Positions 48,003 to 56,214 of a stretch of 56,214 nucleotides of DNA are shown piece by piece. Source of the DNA: Prorocentrum cordatum (taxonomy: Eukaryota); assembly GCA_963575745.1 (NCBI GenBank), contig CAUYUJ010000104.1:62001-118214 (forward strand). The letters run 5' to 3'. Position 1 is the first letter of the stretch, and each line of letters opens with the position of its first letter. The notes beneath the pieces are model-generated. The model was given only the letters and a program-made list of their open reading frames with translations, was not told the DNA's origin and did no database searches. The translations under genes were made by a program, and so were the position numbers.

Positions 48003-48043
48003 CCGTAATTATCAGAAGGATGCATGATAAGGATGCAAGGGCC
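48003..48043 (-). CDS. Putative exon (GPCILIMHPSDNY-G)
   Basis: ctttcag|G, GG|gt. Confidence 0.35.
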
Positions 48044-49002
48044 CTGAAAGGCCATCTAGAAGCTTTTCGAGCGGGGCGCGGCCGACGAAAGCAGCCCAGG
48101 ATGGGCCGAGGACATGGGGGTCGACTGTACCCCCGCCCCGCCTCCGCCTGCTCCTCCTCATCCTCCTCCTCGCTCCTCCTCCTCGCTCCTCCTCCTCGCT
48201 CCTCCTCATCCCTCCTCCTCCTCCTCCTCCTCCTCCTCCTCCTCCTCCTCCTCCTCCTCGCTCCTCCTCGCTCCTCCTCCTTCTGCCTCTGCGCGTGGCT
48301 GAGCTCCCGCCGCCGCCGGCGCCTCGCGTCCGGGCTCGTCGTCGACGGCGCCGGCAGCCTCAGCGCCGGCCGTGGCCGGCGCGTAGGCGACACAGCGGGC
48401 GCGGCCGACGCCGCGGCGCCCGGGAGCGCCTCGCGGCGGCGGCGTCGGCGTCATCGTCGCCGCCGCCGTCGTCGTCGTCGTCGCTGTCGTCGTCGGCGTC
48501 GTCGCCGTCGTCGTTGTGGTCGTCCTGGTCGTCGGCGTTGTTGTCGTCCCCGTGGTCGTGCTGGTCGTCGTCGTCGGCCTCTCTGGACGGGGAGGGTGAG
48601 GAGGGAGCAGGGTGGAGGTGTGCGGAGGGACCTCCTCCTCCTCCTCCTGTCTCTCCTCCCTCCTCCTTCTTGTTCCCCTTCTCCTCTCTCCCCTCATCTA
48701 AGACGAAGCCAAGACGAGGATAAAATCGGGTGAGGATAGATCGTGAATCTCTGAGATCCCCGCGTGGCCTTCTCAATCTGTCTGGAACGCTCTGAGAGCG
48801 TTCCACAACGCTCTGGCATGGAATCCCTGGGAGGAGGAGAAGAGAGATAGGGGCGACAACAGGGGTGCAGCACGATCGTGAGCGACAACAACATCACGAC
48901 TCTGTCGACCCGTGGTCTGGGAGGATTTTCCACGTGATAGACCTCCCTAAACATCAAAAACGCTGTCAAGCTGGATCTCGTCGGACGAAGTGACAACACA
49001 CA

Positions 49003-49432
49003 TTGCATTATGGTTACAGGGTTTGCGACCGACCGACTACACTTGGGTTAAGGCCAGAAATCGTACTTGCGGCATTACTGCTTCGGCGCGTACAGTTGTC
49101 ATCACAAGACGTAGAAGCAGCATCTGACTCCATGTCACTCTACTCTTTAGTGGATGGCATGCTGCAGAGAGGTTTTGACGCTGGGATCGTGAATGCAAGA
49201 GATGTCTGGATGCAGCGCGAAGAACTCGCTGCCAGGTGCTGGCAAGTCGGACGCACTTGACCTTCTCAACAAGGAGTAATCGAGTCGCCAGAAAGGTCCA
49301 ACCTTCTCGTGGAAACCTTGATCCCCCGGTCGTCGACCACCGCTGTGCATAAGGGTGCGTCTTCAAACTCGACATCAGGCGCCCGATCCACCATCTGGTC
49401 TGGTCCGACACCGTAAAGCTCATCGACATGCT
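49003..49432 (+). pseudogene. Degenerate non-LTR retrotransposon RT, 5' part
   Basis: SQDVEAASDSM (D..AFD-like), QQGVIESPERSNL (QG..SP..FN-like) and HHLVWSDT (Y/WADD-like) in order, with a stop and frameshift. Confidence 0.7.
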
Positions 49433-49434
49433 GT

Positions 49435-50170
49435 CGGCGCACCCGAAACCCAGAATCCGCCGACCCCTTGGGGTCATCGGCGTGTGAGATGCTTCCCCCT
49501 CCACAAACCCCTCCCCCAAGGGCCCGGTCCGGTCGGTTTGGAGGGAGGGGGATCCAGCTGGCCCCGGCTGAACGCGCCACGGGCCTCACGACGGGCCATG
49601 ACCGCCCCAGAGGCCCACAGATGGTCCAAGAGGGCCCCGAGTCGCCGATGGATCGTTCCAAGACGCCCGAGATGGCCCCCAGACGGCCCAAGAGGTCCCC
49701 GAGACGCCCCACGAGGCCCCCAAGAGGCGTCCCAAGAGGGCCCCAATAAGCAACAATCGTCCCAGTCCCACAGGGAAACGTATGATTTTAGCACAGTCGC
49801 CTCTGGTTTTTCACAACGTCCAAGACGACCCAGGAGGCCTCCAAGATCGCCTCAAGACGGCCCAAGAAGCCCCCAAGAAGGCTCCAAGAGGAGCCTCAAG
49901 ACGGCCCCAAAGGCCCCCAAGACGGCTCCAGGAGGGGGCCCAGGCGGGGGACCCGCACGTAAATTCCGAGTGCTCGGCCACAAACAGCCTCCAGGAGGCC
50001 CCAAGAGGCCCCCAAGAAGCACCCAAGAGGCCTCAAGAGGCCCACCAGAGACCCAAAAGAGAACCCAAGAGGCCCTAAAACGGCCCCCAAAGGGCCTCAA
50101 AAGTGCTGCCAGGAGGCCCCCGAGAGACCTACCAGGAGCCCCCCAGGGGGTTGGCGGTGCGGCGTAAGCC
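49435..50170. mobile_element. Non-autonomous element inserted into the RT
   Basis: Separates colinear RT segments; GGCCCCAAGA-rich body; sub-terminal hairpin CGCCGACCCCTTGGGGTCATCGGCG. Confidence 0.6.
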
Positions 50171-51400
50171 CAATATCAGAGAACTGACCGAGGCTCTTTC
50201 TCCAGCTGGATCGTCGCAGAAAAGTAACTTGTTAGAACTTATGCCCAACGATTTGGCTTTCGGAGAACATACATCCCGCGTGGAAGAGATGCGGAAGGGC
50301 CATTGTAGACAGCACAAGTGCGTCGAACAAATGGAGATACTGGGCAGTCTGATTGATGAGGAAGGAAATGATGATACTATGTTCAACCATCGTCATCGCA
50401 AAGCCGAACAATGGGTTTGGCGGCAAGCGAATAACAAATCTTGCCGCAAGCATCATGGCGCATAATACAGCGCGTGAGAAGCGAACCCTAGTGCATCAAC
50501 ATATTTCGGCTGCTCAGCGTGGACGCTCAACTATATCCTGCTGCAGAACACCCGAAGGTGAGAGTAATGCTTGAATCGCAAACTCTTGCGCCTCAGACGC
50601 TGTCGTGACGAAAGCGCCATTCCATACATCGTGCGCACAATTAAGAAGATGACCCACTGGCTCGCTGCCTCGAAGACAACACTTCTCCGCCATTGCATTC
50701 TCAGACATGGGGTGGGCGAATGGTGACGCACGCAGAGCACGGCAACATATGTTCAGACTTGCAAGAGCAGCGCAGCGAAATCAGTTTGGAATGCGTCAAA
50801 CAAACGCTACTCAAACGGCGGGGTGCCGAGAATTGGGCTCATGGTCGCCCCAGCTGTATCAATGAAAAAAGGAAGCTGTTCTGGTTTTGTGTTTCCGAAA
50901 GCAGTATGGGCATAATGGGGGGACCAATGTACGCAAACCACACCGCAAACCACACCGAATGGAACACAAACATTGAACCCTTGGCCCGCACTATTTGCGA
51001 TACCTGTGAGAAGAGCCACCTGGACCGCGTCGACAGGCTGTCTGAGCAGACCAGAAGCAGCTCGAGAATTCGACAAAGGATCACGAATTGGGTATGCAAA
51101 GGGATGCACCGCTAAGCATACAACTTATCGACGTCGATTGCTAGCCTTTGCTATGACATGAAAAGGGCCACGTGGATATGCCGAGCGACAGCTGCAAACA
51201 ACTCATGCACCGCATCGTGGACAATATCTACCAAAATGTATCTCTGGGCCATCCTCCGCGGGAAGACGCGAAAACACCCTGTGCGCGGAATCAACCGAGA
51301 CGAAACCAGTGGCAGACCAGATTTGCAACCGCACTGCGGACGTCCTCTACCTCGCCTGGAAGGGAGAGCGTGATCTAGATACTCCACCAAGCAACAAGAT
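50170..51400 (+). pseudogene. Degenerate non-LTR RT thumb/C-terminal region, possible RNase H-like tail
   Basis: VEQMEILGSLIDEEG..HRHRKA, FGCSAWTLN and later VADQICN; many stops and frameshifts. Confidence 0.6.
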
Positions 51401-54104
51401 TGATGTTTCAGATGGCGTAGCAGGGGAGACGCGTTTAGCAAACGCGTGGCCAATCACGGCGATACTAGACATCAGTGGCGCAAAAAAACTATCTTCACAG
51501 TCACAATCGCAGCCGAATGCTCGTGGAGGGCCCGGTCAGTATTTTCCTTGCTGAGGCAATCGACCCTGAAAAGCACCAGCCTCGGTGGCGCAAGTGAATG
51601 AGAATCCTCAAGTACGTGCAAGCTTCAGTGCTGTGCAATGGAGTTCTCGAGTAGATCCGTGGGGCTTACTCCCTTGCGACAGAGACAGAAGAGGGGAAGC
51701 GGGAGGGGAAAGACGGACTACGCAGGAAACAGAGGCGGAGAAGGAGAAGGATGTGAAGGATGAGGATGAGAAAGACCAGGTAGGTGAGAGCGGAGGGAGG
51801 AGCGAGGGAGGGAAGGAGAATGGGAAATAGGGAGGACGAACGGGGAGAATGAACACTCAAATGAACAAAGTGAAGAAGGATGATGATAATGGCAACACGG
51901 AGGGAGGGGGGAGGAGGTGAAGGGGGAGGCGAAGGAGGTGCTGAAGGAGGAGGGGGGAAGCAAAGGAGGTGAGGTAAGAGGAGGGAAGAGTGGGAGGAGG
52001 CAAAGGGAAAGGAGGAAGAAGTGAGGAGGAAAGGGAGGGACTCGTCCTAATCATTGTCGCCTTCGTCTTGGTCTTGTGGTCTTGGCGGTCCTCGTCACCC
52101 TTGTCCTCGTTGCTCTCAGCATCCTCGACTTCAGCCTCCTACTCGTTCTCATGATATCCTGCTACTCCTCATCTCACTAGTTCGCTCTTGAGCGCCAATG
52201 CGTGTTCGACATCCGATAATCGAACCTCGTGATCAGGCCTTTCAGGATCGCAGCTTCACCCTGTCGCCGACAGCGAACACGTGATGTTTCCAGCGCTTGG
52301 CCGGCGCCAAGGCTTCTTAGAAGAAGGCTGCTTCTTAGACTAATTAGACGGCGCCGGCCCTACATCTACAGAGACGGCCCGCGCCTTCTGAGAAGCAGGG
52401 TGCTTCCAAGAAGCCTTCCCCCCCACCCCCACTGCCCCCCGCCCTCTACGCGTGGCGAGCTCTGCGCGATTCTGCAGGATTTGGCGTTCTGACCGAGCCC
52501 CGTTCGCAGGAAACCCCGCCACGTGCGCCCCGACCCTTTGGGCGTCGCCTGAGGGGGGGGGGGCGAGAAATGAGGGTGGCAGCGCAGGCTGCAGAAAAAG
52601 GCGCCCTTTGGGCCCCCCACAAGGCGCCTCTCGGTCCCAAAAGGGGGCCTTCCGGGCCCGACAAAGAAGCTCTCTTCCCCAAAAACTCTTCCGGAGATCT
52701 ACTGGCTCGGGTCCATCCTGACCCAGGTCTGTCGGGCCTTGCAGGATCCTGCGGGGACGAAAGTGAGAGGGAGGACGGGGAGGGGACAAGAAAAGAGGCA
52801 GAGGAGGAGGAGGGAGGAGGACGAGGGAGAGGACGAGGATAGGAGAAGGCGCTCCGCGCGGATTTCTTGGATCTGCGCTGGACCACCCCCTTCTTGGCGC
52901 GCTTCGCGCGCCAGGGGCGGCATCTCGGTCGTCGCAGGGGGGGGGCCCGCCGATCCAAGAGACCCGCCGGGAGCGCCAAAAGTTTATGATTGTGTGTTTA
53001 TTTTCTTCTTCTTCTTCGAGAGGAGGAGGAGGAGGAGGAGGAGGAGGAGGAGGAGGAGGAGGAGGAGGAGGAGGAGGTCCAACTGACTACCTGCCAGACA
53101 ACCTCAACCCAACCTGCAGACGCGAATTTCGGGTTGGGGGGGTATAGCTTCCCTTCGTGTTTTTGTTCGCTATTCGCCGACCCCATCCCCACTGGGAATG
53201 GCGGGGAAATGAAGGCTTTCGGGTTGGGCTGGAGTGGTTTGGTTGGGCGCCCGAGATATCGGGGGAAAAAGTCGGGCCCAAGGAAACTCGGGCTTGGACG
53301 ACCGGAAAGCGAATCCGAGTTGGCCCTCACCCGCCCGAGCTACTCCTGATGGCTCGGGGCTCTGACTTGGTGGGTATCGTCGGCGGTGGACAAACCTCCC
53401 TTTAGTAGACCTCCCCTCAATGAAAACGGCCTGGGACCGAAACCGACGGACCTGGACCCACAAAAATTACGGCCGCGACGCCCTCTCGCGAACCGAAAAC
53501 GGCCAATTCCTAAACCGAAGTGTCAGGGTAGGAGGTCTGTCCAACCCCGAGGGTAATGACCAACTCCTCCCCGTCCGGCCGCCTCCGGTGCTGCGGCGTG
53601 CGCTGCCGCGGGAGCTGCCGGCGCGGCGCCCTCGCCGTCAGAGGTGAAGGACGAGGACGAGGGAGAGGACGAGGAGGCCCAACTCCTCCTCCTCTGCCTC
53701 CTCCTCCTCCTTCTCCTCCTCCTCCTCCTCCTCCTCCTCCTCCTTCTCCGGCTCATCCTCCTTTCTCGCACTCCTCCTCCTCCTCCTCCCTCCTCCTCCC
53801 TCCTCCCTCCTCCCCTCTCCTCCTCCTCCTCCTCCTCCTCCTCCTCCCCTCCTCCTCCACTGAAAGAGGAGGAGGAGGAGGAGGAGGAGGAGGAGGAGGA
53901 GGAGGAGGAGGGCGAGGGAGAGGACGAGGGGGATGAGGTGGCCCCACTCCTCCCAGCCCAGCCGCCTCCGGCGCCGCGGCGTGCGCTGCCGCGGGGGCCC
54001 CCGGCGCGGCGCCTGCGCCGTCGGTCTCCAGCGGCCCGAGGCGGAGCGGCGGGCTGCTCCCGCGGGCGGCCCCGGCCGCCGGGGCCTGCCGCGCCTCTGG
54101 GGGG

Positions 54105-54290
<186 letters not shown>

Positions 54291-55067
54291 TCAGCGCCGC
54301 GCACATTCGGTGCAACAAAAACTGCAAGAGCATCACGGATTGAGGGCGGTGCCTTTTCGAACTGTGGCTCTCGCCTTAGCGCCGCGCACATTCGTGTACA
54401 CATGTTGCAAGAGTTTCACGGATTCCCATGATCCACGTACCAGAAAAGGTTTTTTGGGGAAGGATTCTGGATTCTGCGGGTGCAACATATATGTTGATTC
54501 TCGGCGTTGAAATCCCAAGAATGGCGTTCTGGCACGATCCAGGATCGTCAAGACGCAACAATGAGGTTGATTCGTGGCCTTAGAATCCCGAGAACAATGT
54601 CTTGGCATGCTTCCTGGTCTTCAAACGGTTGTCTTCCAACGAGGCAGGTCCCTCAATGGAAATGAACCGCTGTAGGGCCCTATGCAGAGGGAGTTTGGAG
54701 GGAGGGTGTATTCCAGCATCGTTGATAGCTCTTAGGTTTACACTGGTCCTCCTCCTCCTCCTCCTCCCTCCTTCCTCCTTCCTCCTCCTCCTCCTCCCTC
54801 CTCCTTCCTCCTTCCTCCTCCTTCTCCAGCTCCTCCTCCCTCCTCCTCCTCCTCCTCCGCCCTCCTCCTCTCTCCTCCTCCGGCGCCTCCTCCGTCCCTC
54901 CTCCTCCTCCTCCTCCTCCTCCTCCCCCGCCGCCTGTGGGCCCCTGGCCCGCCCCCCCCCCCGCCCCTCGGGGGGGAGCCCAAGCGAGGAGGGGCCCGCA
55001 GAGCAGGGCCCGAGGCACCTGCGCGGCCCAGGGACAGGCACATAAACACACATACGCAGAAAAACTC

Positions 55068-55133
<66 letters not shown>

Positions 55134-55556
55134 CACATACACACACAATTACTCCGACGGAAGAACCCCACATAAGAATCCTCTGGGCGAATCTGGAAAA
55201 AGCCATCACCGTCGTCCTCGTGGTTGGTGAGGCGTCCTGGCTGTCTCTTCTGCGTATATTTCCTCTCGCCTTGGCGCGGGCCCCCCTTCCACTCCTTACA
55301 TTGTCCCCATCCTCGCCCCCCTGTTTGTTCCGCGCCCCGCCACCTCCTCCCCTTCCTGTTGCATGAGCGCGCATGTCGATGTTCCTCGGCGCCGTCGCCG
55401 CCACGGCCAGCACAGGCGCGTTCTCTACTGGTCACGTCGCGCAGCCGTAGGGACAACCCCGCGGGCCAGGCTGTCGGGACAACCCCGCGAGCCGTTGGCG
55501 CGCAAGACCAAGCCGTTGGGACAACCCCGCGGGCTTCGAGCGAGGCGCAGCCGCGC

Positions 55557-56039
55557 TCAGGCGGAAGGCAGCACGAAGCCCAGCTCTGCCGCGAGCTGCT
55601 TCGCCTCCGCCCTGGACGAAACCGTTCTCTTGTCGAACTCCAGGAGCGCCTTCCGCAGGGACGCCGGCGGCCCGCACTCCAGGAACTCTCGCGGCGGCGG
55701 CCGCAGGATCAGCATGTTCCGCATGCACGTGGCGCGGGAGAACATGACGTAGAGGTGCAGCCACCACTGCTCGTCCGACATGCCCGTTCGGCCAGCGTCC
55801 TCGTCTCTCGCGCAGTCGATGGTGACGCCCTTGCGCAGCGTCTGGCCCTGCGACAGCGTGGAGGTCAGGTAGGACGCGTGCGTCAGGGTGAACCCCGAGC
55901 GGCGCACGCTGTGCGCCCCCGAGCTCTGCCATGTGAACTCCCTTTCGCTGGGCCTGAAAATCAGCAAGCTCCGCGCCCGCGCCTCGGCCTGGCCGTCGTC
56001 GTCGGCGCCTTCGGCGCCCTGTCGCAGCACCTCGGCGAC
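55557..56039 (-). mobile_element. Pif1-family/Helitron RepHel helicase C-terminal fragment
   Basis: RSGFTLTHASYLTSTLSQGQTL and LYVMFSRAT match the Pif1/RecD helicase motif V (SQGQT) and motif VI (YVALSR) region; ends in TGA; tcctcag| acceptor-like 5' edge. Confidence 0.75.
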
Positions 56040-56214
56040 CTGAGGAGCCCAAAAACTTCCTTGTTGCATCCAAAGTGTGGCCTGGGAACTGCGTTCTGCA
56101 GCGCGAGAACCCAACATTGACGACAGTTACAGGTTTTGGATGACCTGCTCGGATTACCAACATGATCTGCGGGCCCCATAGGGAGGGGGCTCCCGCCTGA
56201 GACTTCCTCGCAGT

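Noticed and set aside
52186..52200. Minus-strand SL relic (CATTGGCGCTCAAG)
   Set aside because: Match too short and no convincing downstream ORF.

Overview
Eukaryotic, GC-rich, repeat-saturated DNA with dinoflagellate hallmarks: GC and GA splice donors, very short exons in long introns, and a degenerate spliced-leader relic. It resembles Prorocentrum-type sequence; the species is my inference. Almost all ORFs in the track are artefacts of microsatellites and satellites. Reading the minus strand by hand gives a chain of about 35 phase-compatible exons. The low-coordinate exons (30-14993) encode a protein-kinase C-lobe: hinge MSFHEG, helix E AHRIAEQLLRAVAHLH, catalytic loop HRDLHSRN and DFG. 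It continues beyond the window start. Exons at about 18.8-48 kb encode an unrecognised protein, which is either the kinase N-terminus or a separate upstream gene. The introns hold several MITE families, a 1.7-kb foldback element, a 77-bp satellite, a degenerate non-LTR RT interrupted by another element, and an SL-relic-led retrocopy with an R-x4-H motif. A Helitron/Pif1 helicase C-terminal fragment lies at the right end. Most unusual: one frame-required kinase exon sits inside the two halves of a Tc1/mariner-type MITE, and two adjacent introns begin and end at MITE termini (Introner-like). All exon calls are manual and need transcript confirmation.
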